The notes beneath the pieces were generated by a model. The model had not been told where the DNA came from. It was given only the letters and a program-made list of their open reading frames with translations, and ran no database searches. Positions 46,855-56,470 of a DNA stretch of 64,000 nt are shown here, piece after piece (position 1 is the first letter of the stretch; every line of letters begins with the position of its first letter). The DNA comes from a virus, in IMG/VR virus record IMGVR_UViG_3300035660_000001, positions 96,140 through 160,139 of that record; one strand, given 5' to 3'. Position numbers and translations under genes: made by a program.

Positions 46855-47306
46855 TGTCCGTGGAATATGATCTCTCTTCGATACCGCATCTCGATGAGTT
46901 CCGGCGTTTGGAAGTGATAGGCGTGGACTGGGGCGAGGAAGTCAATACCTCTGCCGCCCCCGAGCCGAAGCCGGAGCCTAAGTTCAAGGTGGGGGATGCC
47001 GTGAGGATTATAGTCTCTCCCGAAGATGAAGTCATGGGGGAATGGCTGAGTAGGAAGCCTGGGCTCGGGGATTTATTTAGGATGACTGCGGGAATAATTT
47101 GTGAGGTCGATCAGACGGAAGGATTTTACGGCCCGTTCTACCAGTATGCTATCGGGTTCGGGATAGAACATCCCGAGCTGACGGATTGCGGCAAGAGGCT
47201 TTCTCCCTACAGCGGGATCTGGATGCGGGAGGATGGGCTCGTACCTGCCCGGCTCGAGGATGTTCTGCACGAGTCCAAACAGATCTTTGTGATCGGGTCG
47301 CTCTGA
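46851..47306 (+). CDS. SH3/KOW-like protein, tail IFVIGSL
   Basis: KFKVGDAVRI...YAIGF...LTDC. Confidence 0.65.
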   Translation: MMSVEYDLSSIPHLDEFRRLEVIGVDWGEEVNTSAAPEPKPEPKFKVGDAVRIIVSPEDEVMGEWLSRKPGLGDLFRMTAGIICEVDQTEGFYGPFYQYAIGFGIEHPELTDCGKRLSPYSGIWMREDGLVPARLEDVLHESKQIFVIGSL

Positions 47307-47581
47307 TGCCGTTCAGCATTGGCGATCCCGTCAAGGTGATATCCGTGAGCGACGCCCTGGACCCGGACGACAAGGCGTTCAGGGAGTTCATGATCGGTCG
47401 GGTCGGGGTCGTCGGGGCTATCTGTGCGGAATGCCATGAGGAGTATGCCGTCCAGTTTAATGCCGAGTCGCCCTTCCTCGGCGACTGTGACGGGGTTCTT
47501 CCGGGAGGTCACGGCTGGTGGTTTACGGAGGCCGAGCTCGAGGCGACGGAGGGTGAGTTCGGGATCGTAGGTGGGTTATGA
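47306..47581 (+). CDS. SH3/KOW-like protein, tail FGIVGGL
   Basis: FSIGDPVKV...YAVQF...LGDCDG...GWWF. Confidence 0.7.
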   Translation: MPFSIGDPVKVISVSDALDPDDKAFREFMIGRVGVVGAICAECHEEYAVQFNAESPFLGDCDGVLPGGHGWWFTEAELEATEGEFGIVGGL

Positions 47582-47943
47582 TCTCGGGACTAAATAAATT
47601 AGTTAATTATCCTGGCGCGATGCATCTGCCCGGACATAAAACCAAGTTTGATCTTGGCGATCAGGTGAAGGTTACGAGCCCCCTTCCGGGAGCCCTCACT
47701 CCGGAAGAATACATTGGGTTGGAGGGTGAGGTAGTTAACATTGTTCATATTGTTAAAGAAGCCGAGGTGACCGGGGCGAACCTAGATCCGACCGATGGGA
47801 CGCTCCACGTCGACATGAAGGTGAAGATCGATCATGACGAGTATGTTATTAAAATCCCGTGTAAGGCGGACATCACCCTTACTTTCAAAGAGAACGAGCT
47901 CGTTCTTGCCCCAGAGAAGTTCGGGGTCAGGGAGGGCATCTGA
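47578..47943 (+). CDS. SH3/KOW-like protein, tail FGVREGI
   Basis: KFDLGDQVKV...IGLEGEV...ENEL. Confidence 0.65.
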   Translation: MISGLNKLVNYPGAMHLPGHKTKFDLGDQVKVTSPLPGALTPEEYIGLEGEVVNIVHIVKEAEVTGANLDPTDGTLHVDMKVKIDHDEYVIKIPCKADITLTFKENELVLAPEKFGVREGI

Positions 47944-48371
47944 TGGCCGCTCCTTTTAGGGAAAGAGATATAGATCGCCCGGACTTTGCCACCGGTAGTT
48001 ACCTATCTAGAGTTCTTGATACTCTTCAACGGCTTGAGCGCAGAATAGAAGACCTTCATGTCGATATGGAAGAGCTCCGGAGAGAGCTTCGCATGAGAAC
48101 CGGCGGGACCACCGAACCCCACCGGGGGATGGCAGTCGATGCCGATGATGTTATCGATGACGTTTTGGGGGTTCAGAGAGGAATTCAAGGAGAGCGGCCT
48201 CCGGTCGATCCGCATGACATCGACTTCAACGGTCCGAATATGGACAGGCTGAGAAATTTTATAATGGAGGAGGCGAGAAGGTATATCGACGACCCAGATG
48301 AGGTTCCTGATCGGCCAGAACAAGAGCCCGAGCTTCCGGATGACACCCCGCACGTTGTGGGATCGATCTGA
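47943..48371 (+). CDS. Acidic coiled-coil protein, tail PHVVGSI
   Basis: Translationally coupled; shared tail. Confidence 0.6.
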   Translation: MAAPFRERDIDRPDFATGSYLSRVLDTLQRLERRIEDLHVDMEELRRELRMRTGGTTEPHRGMAVDADDVIDDVLGVQRGIQGERPPVDPHDIDFNGPNMDRLRNFIMEEARRYIDDPDEVPDRPEQEPELPDDTPHVVGSI

Positions 48372-48610
48372 TGAAGTTCGAGGTGGGAGACCGGATCAAG
48401 ATCGTTCGGAATCTCACCGAGAAGGGTTGCAAGCTCAGGGGCAAGAAGGGGATGATCATGGGCGTGGTTACAAAGAGAAAGCGTAACGGAGGGCCCCGGC
48501 TTTACTCCGTCCGACTGGAAAGGTGTGCGGGGCTGTGGATTCTCGATGAGGCCGACCTCGACTTTGAGAGTAAGAAGCGTGAGCCCTTCCGTCTGATAGG
48601 AGCAATCTGA
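48371..48610 (+). CDS. SH3/KOW-like protein, tail FRLIGAI
   Basis: KFEVGDRIKI...YSVRL. Confidence 0.65.
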   Translation: MKFEVGDRIKIVRNLTEKGCKLRGKKGMIMGVVTKRKRNGGPRLYSVRLERCAGLWILDEADLDFESKKREPFRLIGAI

Positions 48611-49365
48611 TGTCCGATTCTGGTAATGAGTCCCTGTTTGAACGGGTAATCCGGGGCATCGGACTGCAGAGGAGGCGAGAGTCGCCGCCGATAGTGATGT
48701 CGACCATGCCTTCCGGGGGGACGCAGGTGGACTTGGTTGAGAGAATAATGAATGAAGATCTCGCGAGGGCAATGCGAGCTCACGGGGAAGCGTATGGAGG
48801 TATGTCCGGATTCTCTGGCTTCTCTTTCGCTTCTGGTCTTTCGGGGTCGAGCTGGGCGCCCGGGGGAACGTGGGGCATGGCGGATCCAGCGACCGGGGTA
48901 AGGTTCTCAGGCCAGCGGGGTTATTTCGGCGTCCCGGGCTGGGAGGGAGTGCCTGGGCTTCCCGAGGGTTGGCCGGAAGCCAAACCTGCAGAGGGTTACA
49001 AGCCCGGGGAAAGAATAGCTCGGGTCGATGAGTCGACTGGACAGGTGGTCGTGGATGGTCCAGAGCATCCGACGACCCTCTACGGGCTGTCGATCGGGGA
49101 CTTCGTCGTGGTGGATAGTGTTTTCCCCTTGGTGTCCCACAACAAGAAGTTTATTTTCAATAAGACGAGCGGTTACATTAAGCATATCATCCGGGCCGGG
49201 TACGCCTGGGTCGAGATCGACGGGCAGTGCCCCTGCAATGACGATTCCCGGGAGAGAAAGCAGTTGTGGCATTCCGCTAAGGGCCACTGCCACTGGTTCC
49301 CCAATTCCGTCCTCTTCCTTGCGGACGAGAGCACGGCAAAGTTCTATGTGAGGGGTTATCTATAG
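48610..49365 (+). CDS. Gly-rich plus SH3-like protein, tail FYVRGYL
   Basis: SGFSGF..SGLSG segment; LSIGDFVVV. Confidence 0.6.
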   Translation: MSDSGNESLFERVIRGIGLQRRRESPPIVMSTMPSGGTQVDLVERIMNEDLARAMRAHGEAYGGMSGFSGFSFASGLSGSSWAPGGTWGMADPATGVRFSGQRGYFGVPGWEGVPGLPEGWPEAKPAEGYKPGERIARVDESTGQVVVDGPEHPTTLYGLSIGDFVVVDSVFPLVSHNKKFIFNKTSGYIKHIIRAGYAWVEIDGQCPCNDDSRERKQLWHSAKGHCHWFPNSVLFLADESTAKFYVRGYL

Positions 49366-49417
49366 CCGGGGCGAGAAGATCGCACCTGGGGCATTTAAGG
49401 GGCTAAGGAGGGCTGAA

Positions 49418-50194
49418 ATGAGCGAGACATTGGGGGGAGATACGACGATGGGCCCGACGGGTCCGGGAAGGGAGATGCCCGGGTTGGACATTCCCCGAGA
49501 AAGAGAGGCTCCGAATAGGAGGGATCCCGAACGAATCCGGGCGGCAATAGACCCGATGGAGTTTCCGGAGGGTAGCACGAGGTTCGCGTTGGGGGCTACT
49601 CCACCGGATCGTGCGTGGACGCAATCCCTGGCAAGGAAACAGGCGATCGTCGGGAACGCCATGCGGAGGATTTTTCAGGTTCTCAGAGCCGCTTCTCCCG
49701 AATTGATAATACGGGATGAGGACGGTTTGATAAGAACAAGGATTGTCGCCGTTTTGAAGGAGATCTACCATGCCGGGGAGTTTTATGGTCGGAGTGCAAG
49801 CGGCGGTCCGGAATTCAACGTCATGGAGTTTCAGGCCGACTTCGAGAGGTTTCGTAGCCATACGGTCGAACGGTTTGATAATCTATTCGGGCAGTACCGG
49901 ACCATTCTAAGGAGGCTCGAGGGCTTAATGCAGGAGAGGAGACCACCGACCGGAGCTGGAATGGTAACCGGAGGGATCGGACCCCGCAGAGGGGAGCACA
50001 TGGAGGGATTCGATCGGGCGATGAGGGATATTCTGGGGGTAGATGATCCCCCGATCGGTGGGCCCCAGCCACCAGGGGAGGACCCCCCTGGGTTAGGGCC
50101 TATGCCGGAGAGACTTGATACGGATGATATCCTTGGTCCAGGAACCGATCTTGTCGACCCCGACGAGAACCCTCACGTGGTGGGGGGAATATAA
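49418..50194 (+). CDS. Hypothetical protein, tail PHVVGGI
   Basis: SD AAGGAGG; C-terminus similar to 47943..48371. Confidence 0.6.
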   Translation: MSETLGGDTTMGPTGPGREMPGLDIPREREAPNRRDPERIRAAIDPMEFPEGSTRFALGATPPDRAWTQSLARKQAIVGNAMRRIFQVLRAASPELIIRDEDGLIRTRIVAVLKEIYHAGEFYGRSASGGPEFNVMEFQADFERFRSHTVERFDNLFGQYRTILRRLEGLMQERRPPTGAGMVTGGIGPRRGEHMEGFDRAMRDILGVDDPPIGGPQPPGEDPPGLGPMPERLDTDDILGPGTDLVDPDENPHVVGGI

Positions 50195-50206
50195 TCGTCC
50201 AACCTC

Positions 50207-50235
50207 TTGACACGCAATTTCGTTTATGATATAAT
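50207..50235 (+). promoter_or_regulatory. Consensus sigma70 promoter for the replication module
   Basis: TTGACA-17bp-TATAAT with extended -10 TG. Confidence 0.85.
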
Positions 50236-50258
50236 GGTTTCGCATTAGCAAAGGAGCG

Positions 50259-50489
50259 ATGGTAAACATGGAGGTTTTAAGCGACCTCGTGGGACGCACA
50301 ATTTTACTACGAGGTAGAGCCTATAAAGTGGAGGGGCTCAAGAAGCGGGACGGCTACCCGCTTCGGATCGTGGCCATGCGGTCGGTCGACGACGGGATAC
50401 CGACCACGAAGATTGTGGCCGATCCGGAAGAGTTCCTTCGGTCAGTTACGATAATCGGCGGACGTTCACGACTTGCCAGAGTATCGTAG
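50259..50489 (+). CDS. Hypothetical protein
   Basis: SD AAGGAG. Confidence 0.5.
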   Translation: MVNMEVLSDLVGRTILLRGRAYKVEGLKKRDGYPLRIVAMRSVDDGIPTTKIVADPEEFLRSVTIIGGRSRLARVS

Positions 50490-50495
50490 GCTTAG

Positions 50496-51224
50496 GTGTC
50501 TGAATCGCCCTATGTCCGGCTTCGGAAGATTTATGATGACAGGTCGGTCTCGAGCTTCTCGAATAGGGCGTTGTTGGCCTACATTGAGATTCGCAAGAGG
50601 ATGGGGGATCCCGTAGATGCCGATTATATCTGTGTGTCTACGGGGCTCTCCCGGTCGGCCTTCTACCGTAGGATGGCGAAGATCGGAAACGGAAATGGGA
50701 AGGGGCATGCGATGAACGATGAGATGAAACCTGTGGATGCGCTCAGAACCGTAGAGCAGGGGGCTATCGCGAAGGGCGATGAAGCTCGTCGAGAGGTCAA
50801 TCTAAGGAAAGAGTCTCGGCGCCTGCAGGCTCATGAGAGGCGCCAAGATAAGAAAGAAGAGGAACGGAAACCGATCCTGCCGATCCTGAACGCCTATCGG
50901 GAAGGATGGAAGGAGATTCCGGATGTCGAGCCTATCCAGTGGTCTCCGAGGGAATGGAATCAGGCCAAGATGTTGGTTACCAACATCGGTCCGGATCGGG
51001 CCCGCCTTCTCGTGGAATATGTTTTTAAGAACTGGCGTCGTACCCTCTCTGCGAAGTGGAAGGTGGGGGGCGTCCCGACGATGGGAATTATTCTGGGATT
51101 CGGAGTTAGTCTCATAACCGAACTCATTCCCAAACAAGAGAAGCCTGGTGTCTCTCCGGAATTGAAGGCCAAGTGGGAGGCAGACGCCCGGAGACGGATG
51201 GGGCTTACGGAGAAGAAATCATGA
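50496..51224 (+). CDS. Winged-HTH protein, possible replication initiator
   Basis: TGLSRSAFYR HTH; directly upstream of loader and helicase. Confidence 0.55.
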   Translation: MSESPYVRLRKIYDDRSVSSFSNRALLAYIEIRKRMGDPVDADYICVSTGLSRSAFYRRMAKIGNGNGKGHAMNDEMKPVDALRTVEQGAIAKGDEARREVNLRKESRRLQAHERRQDKKEEERKPILPILNAYREGWKEIPDVEPIQWSPREWNQAKMLVTNIGPDRARLLVEYVFKNWRRTLSAKWKVGGVPTMGIILGFGVSLITELIPKQEKPGVSPELKAKWEADARRRMGLTEKKS

Positions 51225-51880
51225 CGATTACCGAAGATAAAAAGAATAGCTATTTGAGGGCTAACATCCCGATCAAGTTCTGGGGAGCGGAGATCGATAA
51301 GGTCGCCGAGGGAGGCGTGGTTCCTTATCGCCCAATCATTGAAGGATACATCGGATCGATCTTGGAGATGATCTCTAATGGCTGGGGGCTGATGCTTTAT
51401 GGCCCAGCCAAGCACGGGCGGACTTATCTCGGATGCCTCATTCTGAAGGAGGCCATTGATAAGGGCAAGACCGCCTATAGCATTTCCTTGAGGGACTTGA
51501 CCGAGAATCAAAAGAAGCCCTTCAACGATGCCTACACCGTTCACGAGCGATCCCGCCAAGTCGATATCCTTCTTTTGGATGACGTGATCATCGACGAGAA
51601 GGAGCTCCCCGGGCCTCAATTAGACATTCTGCGGGATATCCTGCGATATCGGGATGCGTGGAAGAAGTCTACGATCCTGATCATCCAGGGTACGCCCAAT
51701 AAAATATCCGATACCGACCGAAAGATAATTGAGGAGAAGATGAAAATGGTGGAGGTGAATGCAGTCGATTACGGGAAGATCGCGGGGGAGGAACGCGAGA
51801 AGAAGATGGATGCCTTAATTGAGGAGGGGGTCAAGACTGTAGAAACCGCTAACGGAACAGAGCCCATTCCCGCTTCCTAA
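51221..51880 (+). CDS. DnaC/IstB-like helicase loader ATPase (variant Walker A)
   Basis: LMLYGPAKHGRT, ILLLDDV, RYRD...STI. Confidence 0.75.
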   Translation: MTITEDKKNSYLRANIPIKFWGAEIDKVAEGGVVPYRPIIEGYIGSILEMISNGWGLMLYGPAKHGRTYLGCLILKEAIDKGKTAYSISLRDLTENQKKPFNDAYTVHERSRQVDILLLDDVIIDEKELPGPQLDILRDILRYRDAWKKSTILIIQGTPNKISDTDRKIIEEKMKMVEVNAVDYGKIAGEEREKKMDALIEEGVKTVETANGTEPIPAS

Positions 51881-51913
51881 TCCACCAACCGTTTATTAGC
51901 TTCACAGGGAACG

Positions 51914-53167
51914 ATGGCGATAGCTATCCCCAAGCTTGACACTCTGTTTCTGAGCAGTCTTATCCTTGCAGGAAAGGCAGGCTTCCTCGAGGCTCGAGAG
52001 AAAGGGATTAACGATGATCTCTTGACGGGGGATGCTAAGAATGTCTGGGCGTTCATCGAAAGGCACTACGCCCAATATGGGACGACCCCTTCGAGAGAGA
52101 TCGTAAGAGTCGAAACGGCGTTTGCCGTTCAACGTGTAGGAGAGGATAAAGACCTCTCCTACTTCGTTGAGGAAGTTTGGAAGCGGCTTCTGCAGAACCT
52201 CCTCAAGGACAGGCTCCGATCCGTCGCCAGGGATCTCGACACCTTTAAGCCGAGGGAAGCGTTCGCCCGGCTCGAAGAGGTCATCACGGAGATCAGGCGG
52301 TCGGGGAGTGCCCGGGGCCTCGTGGATAACCTCATGAACTACGGGGACAAGGTTCGGGAGGACTACGAGAAGGCCAAGAACGGGGTCCTGGGAGTCTGCA
52401 CTCCGTGGGAGACGATCAACCAGATCACGATGGGCTTTCAGGAGGCCGACCTAGCGACCTTCGTGGCAAGGACGAGCATCGGGAAGACGTGGCTCCTCCT
52501 GGTTATGGCGCACCATGCCTGGGCCGAAGGGAAGAACGTTCTGTTCGTGACGACCGAGATGGCCCGGCCCAAGATCGCCCTCCGCTTTGTGTCTCTCTAT
52601 CTCCGGATACCCTACGGGAAGCTCCGTAGAGGACGACTCGGAGAATTCGGAGAGCCCCTGTTATGGCAGGGGCTTGAACGTCTAAGAAGCGAGCGCCCGT
52701 TCCACATTCTCGGAGACGTCTTCAACGTCGACATCTCTACGGTCGATGCCGCCATCGAAAGGGTAAGGCCGGATATCCTGTTTGTGGACGGGCTCTATCT
52801 GGTGAAGGCAACGGGCAAGGATCGGTTCGATAAGGTTTCCAATGCGGCAGACGAGTTTAAGCGGATGGCCCATCACTGGAAGATACCGATCATCGTGTCC
52901 ACGCAGTTCAACCGGACCGTCCAGCAGAACGCCCGCAGGGCGGACCTTACATCGATGGCCATGTCCGACGTCGTAAACTTCGACTCCGACTGGGTGTTTG
53001 CCGCCTTCCAGGACGACGACCTGAAGGACGGTCATAAGATGGCCCTTCTTCCTCTCAAGACCCGTGAGAGCGAGGGGGCTAAGGAGATCGTTATTAACTG
53101 GGACTTTCAACACATGGACTTCTCAGAGGTCCGAATCGATGGGGAGGTGGAATTCGAACAGCTATGA
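51914..53167 (+). CDS. dnaB: DnaB-like replicative helicase
   Basis: ARTSIGKT, TTEM, FVDG, STQFNR, KTRE. Confidence 0.85.
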   Translation: MAIAIPKLDTLFLSSLILAGKAGFLEAREKGINDDLLTGDAKNVWAFIERHYAQYGTTPSREIVRVETAFAVQRVGEDKDLSYFVEEVWKRLLQNLLKDRLRSVARDLDTFKPREAFARLEEVITEIRRSGSARGLVDNLMNYGDKVREDYEKAKNGVLGVCTPWETINQITMGFQEADLATFVARTSIGKTWLLLVMAHHAWAEGKNVLFVTTEMARPKIALRFVSLYLRIPYGKLRRGRLGEFGEPLLWQGLERLRSERPFHILGDVFNVDISTVDAAIERVRPDILFVDGLYLVKATGKDRFDKVSNAADEFKRMAHHWKIPIIVSTQFNRTVQQNARRADLTSMAMSDVVNFDSDWVFAAFQDDDLKDGHKMALLPLKTRESEGAKEIVINWDFQHMDFSEVRIDGEVEFEQL

Positions 53168-54273
53168 AGTATGAAAATGTAATGGAGCTTCTCAGGTTGT
53201 TGGACTGCCGATCGATCATGCCGATCAACAGGGGTTGGGTTACGGCGACCTGTCCGTTCGCCCCGTACTCGCATGCCAGAGGGAAGGATACTCACCCCTC
53301 TTTCGGGATCCGGGTTAGGGATGATACCTACTCTTTGTTTAAATGCCACTGTTGCGGGAGGATGGGGTCGCTGTTTCTCCTCGCCCGAGATATCTCGATA
53401 TTCGACAAGACCAAGTATGATCTCCGTAAGTTCGTTCACGATAAGGAAGCGACTCCAACGGAGGAGAACAAAATGGGATGGGTTCCGGACGGTGATGAAA
53501 AGTTCGATCCTATGCGAGGCGTCTTCAGTCCCGTTTCAATGGAGGGGCTTGAGATGCCGAAGCCTCTCGGGAAGTCAGCGGAGGAATACGTGGCGTCCTG
53601 TGCGGGGCTGGCCCATAAGTCCGTGATCGCCCGGGGGATCCCGAAGGAGATCATGAAGCTCTACAACCTCGGCTACGATGCGAAGGATAGAAAGACCGTA
53701 TTCCCGATCTACGATTGGGGAGGAAACCTTGTCGGGATCCAACGCCGGGGGGTCGATCACAAGGAGTTCGGGTTCAACATGGGGTTCAAGAAGGGGGCGT
53801 TTTACGGGGAGAGGGAGTTCACGTCGGGTCCAATAGAACGGGATCCTTTCAACATCGTGTTCCTCGTGGAGGGGCCTTTCGATGTCATGTATCTCAGGAG
53901 CATAGGCTACAATTCCCTCGGTCTTCTCGGAAAGGAATGCACGAAGGTGCAGTTAGCGAAGCTCGATGAGATGAGAGTGTTCGGTAGGGGACTGTTCTTC
54001 AACCCCTATATCTTTATGGACGGGGATAAGGCAGAAACAAACGCCCAGGCTACGGAGAAGCTTGCCCGGTTGTGTGAGCCGCACTTTCCCGTCTACACCA
54101 TTAAGACACCAGAAGGGAGGGATCCAGACCAATTCACGAAGGAGGAGATTGAGAAGCTGATCGCCGACGCAGAATTCCGAGGCTGGGAGTCAGACCCACC
54201 GGCGCCGAAAGCACAGGAAGCGGCACCAGTGGGCGAGCAACAAACCTTAACACCAACAGAGGAGAAGAAATGA
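53164..54273 (+). CDS. dnaG: DNA primase (zinc finger plus Toprim)
   Basis: CPF..H, PSF, CHCCG, VEGPFD, DGD, GRDP. Confidence 0.85.
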   Translation: MKYENVMELLRLLDCRSIMPINRGWVTATCPFAPYSHARGKDTHPSFGIRVRDDTYSLFKCHCCGRMGSLFLLARDISIFDKTKYDLRKFVHDKEATPTEENKMGWVPDGDEKFDPMRGVFSPVSMEGLEMPKPLGKSAEEYVASCAGLAHKSVIARGIPKEIMKLYNLGYDAKDRKTVFPIYDWGGNLVGIQRRGVDHKEFGFNMGFKKGAFYGEREFTSGPIERDPFNIVFLVEGPFDVMYLRSIGYNSLGLLGKECTKVQLAKLDEMRVFGRGLFFNPYIFMDGDKAETNAQATEKLARLCEPHFPVYTIKTPEGRDPDQFTKEEIEKLIADAEFRGWESDPPAPKAQEAAPVGEQQTLTPTEEKK

Positions 54274-54995
54274 GCGAGTGGTTTAAACGAGGCTTCGGAG
54301 GCCTCGACGAATCAAGAAGGACCCGTGTGTTGCGGTTCGGGATCCGGCTGGACCGGGGTCTCGTTCAGGCCGGACGTCCGCAGAGCGTGACCAAGAAGAT
54401 TCTCTACTTGGATGACGAGCCGTTCTGCTTCTACGAGCATTCCGTCAACCTGGGCGCCTCTCCGGCCACCCCGGACTGGCAACACTTCACCTGCGGGGCA
54501 GACACTTACGGACAGTGCCCGCTCTGCAGTCCAGTCCTGAAGATCAGCCCCTGGTATAAGGGGGTCTTCTCGATCGTGGATCTCGAGGCTTGGAAGAGCA
54601 GGGACACGGGGGAGATGGTCCGGAACGTCCGGATGCTCTTCGTGGCCTCTGTGGAGCCTCTCGAGCTCTTGAGGCTCAAGAAGGGGAGCCACGGCCTGAA
54701 GAACTGCCTCTACAACGTCACGAGGGTGGACACGGGCACCGGCAAGTCGTCAGTGGTCGGGAGCTCGTTTGACTACGTCGGAGCGGTAACCGATCTGGCG
54801 CCCTACGCCGACAACAGGCGTAACATGCCCGCGCCATACCTCTACGAAGATCTGTTCAGACCGCTTCCCCTGGATACCCTTATCCGGGTAGCCGCACGGG
54901 TCGGAGGGCCCCGGCTCGAAGCCGAAGCCCATCCCCCGGAGACGGAGACGCCCGCTGGGGACACGCCAGGGACGGACGAGCCGGTTAGGTTTTAA
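54270..54995 (+). CDS. Probable ssDNA-binding protein (gp32-like)
   Basis: FYEH, C...CPLC, acidic tail ending in F; position in replication module. Confidence 0.6.
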   Translation: MSEWFKRGFGGLDESRRTRVLRFGIRLDRGLVQAGRPQSVTKKILYLDDEPFCFYEHSVNLGASPATPDWQHFTCGADTYGQCPLCSPVLKISPWYKGVFSIVDLEAWKSRDTGEMVRNVRMLFVASVEPLELLRLKKGSHGLKNCLYNVTRVDTGTGKSSVVGSSFDYVGAVTDLAPYADNRRNMPAPYLYEDLFRPLPLDTLIRVAARVGGPRLEAEAHPPETETPAGDTPGTDEPVRF

Positions 54996-55022
54996 CCAAC
55001 CCGAGGGTCTGTCGAGGGCCGC

Positions 55023-56465
55023 ATGAGTCGTAAGGTCATCATCAGTGATATGGCTTGGCTCGAGCTCAAGACGCTCGACCCACTGCTTATCCATCGGCTT
55101 AAGACCGAGCTGACGATCTACCCGCATGTCTCTCCCCGGTTCAAGCCTACGACCAGGGACTACCAGCCGATCATCTTGTGGAAAGAGGACAGGGGTTTCT
55201 TGGGAGTTCCCCGGGCCTACTTTCTGCAGAGGGCTAAGACCCTCTATGATATCGAATGGAAAGTCTCTGAGGGGAGGGATATGTCTCGGAGGATCGTAAA
55301 TAAGTTCGCTCCAAAAATGAGGGAGGAGCAGAGGCCGGTGGTGCAGGCGGCTCTCGACAGGCTTCAAGGGAAGGGAGACGTTTCATTTACGACTGGGGGG
55401 ATCATCCGTTGCCGGAAGGGTTTCGGGAAGACCCTTCTCGGTTTGGAGGTGGCTTATCGTCTCGGGATGAGGACGCTGATAATCGTCCAGACGGACCTCC
55501 TGGCCGAACAGTGGGAGCAGGCGATCAAGGATTTTTATCCCGGGGCGAGGATCGGCAGGATCCAGGGAAAGACCGTGGACTACGATAAGAAGGACTACAC
55601 GGTCGCCATGCTTCAGACTCTCATGCAGAAAAAGTTCACCCCGCTTTTCTTCTGGGAGTTCGGGACAGTCATCACCGACGAGGTGAACCGCCTGGGGGCT
55701 CCGGAGTGGTCCAGAGTAGCCCCGATGTTCAAGTGTAAGTACCGGATCGGGCTCACGGCGACGCTCGATCGCTTTGATCACTGCGAGAAGGTCTTTCTTT
55801 ATCACATCGGACAGGTCATGGCCGGGACGTCAGAGGTGCAGGATGCCGAGGCCTTGCAACCGAAAATCCTGCGGGTCTTCACGGACTTCGAGCTTTTCAA
55901 GTCGTCCGGTTTCGACCCCGATCGCATGTCCAGGGAGACCCTATTGAAGCCGCTCGTCCGGAACCGGGAGAGGAATAATTTGATCGTCCGGAAAGTTATG
56001 GAGGCTTACGACAAGGGCAGGAATATCCTGGTCTTGACCGAACGCCTCGAGCAGATTACCACTTTGAGGATCATCCTGAAGGCGGCTCTCATTGCTAAGG
56101 GCGAGAATACTTCCGAGATCGGCGTTATGATCGGGCAGATGAAACTCGAGGATATAAGGAAGTCCGCCCATTGCCGGATAATCATAGCTACGTTCCAATA
56201 CTTTTCCGTTGGAGGGGATGTCCCCCGGCTTGATACCCTCTTCTTCGCCACGCCGAAGGTTGGGATCGACCAGAGCATCGGGCGTATCCTTCGGGAGATG
56301 CCGGAGAAGGTTTTGGATGACCACCACCATCCGATCGTGGTGGATTTCGTCGACTGGCGCCTGCCCGTTTTCCGGAAAGACGCCATCCGAAGGTCTCAGT
56401 ATTACCGGGAGCACTCTTGGGTAATCGGGGATACCGGGAAGCCAAAAGCATGGGGGATCGGTTAA
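55023..56465 (+). CDS. Superfamily 2 helicase
   Basis: GFGKT, TDEVN, GLTAT, QSIGRILR. Confidence 0.9.
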   Translation: MSRKVIISDMAWLELKTLDPLLIHRLKTELTIYPHVSPRFKPTTRDYQPIILWKEDRGFLGVPRAYFLQRAKTLYDIEWKVSEGRDMSRRIVNKFAPKMREEQRPVVQAALDRLQGKGDVSFTTGGIIRCRKGFGKTLLGLEVAYRLGMRTLIIVQTDLLAEQWEQAIKDFYPGARIGRIQGKTVDYDKKDYTVAMLQTLMQKKFTPLFFWEFGTVITDEVNRLGAPEWSRVAPMFKCKYRIGLTATLDRFDHCEKVFLYHIGQVMAGTSEVQDAEALQPKILRVFTDFELFKSSGFDPDRMSRETLLKPLVRNRERNNLIVRKVMEAYDKGRNILVLTERLEQITTLRIILKAALIAKGENTSEIGVMIGQMKLEDIRKSAHCRIIIATFQYFSVGGDVPRLDTLFFATPKVGIDQSIGRILREMPEKVLDDHHHPIVVDFVDWRLPVFRKDAIRRSQYYREHSWVIGDTGKPKAWGIG

Positions 56466-56470
56466 ACCCC

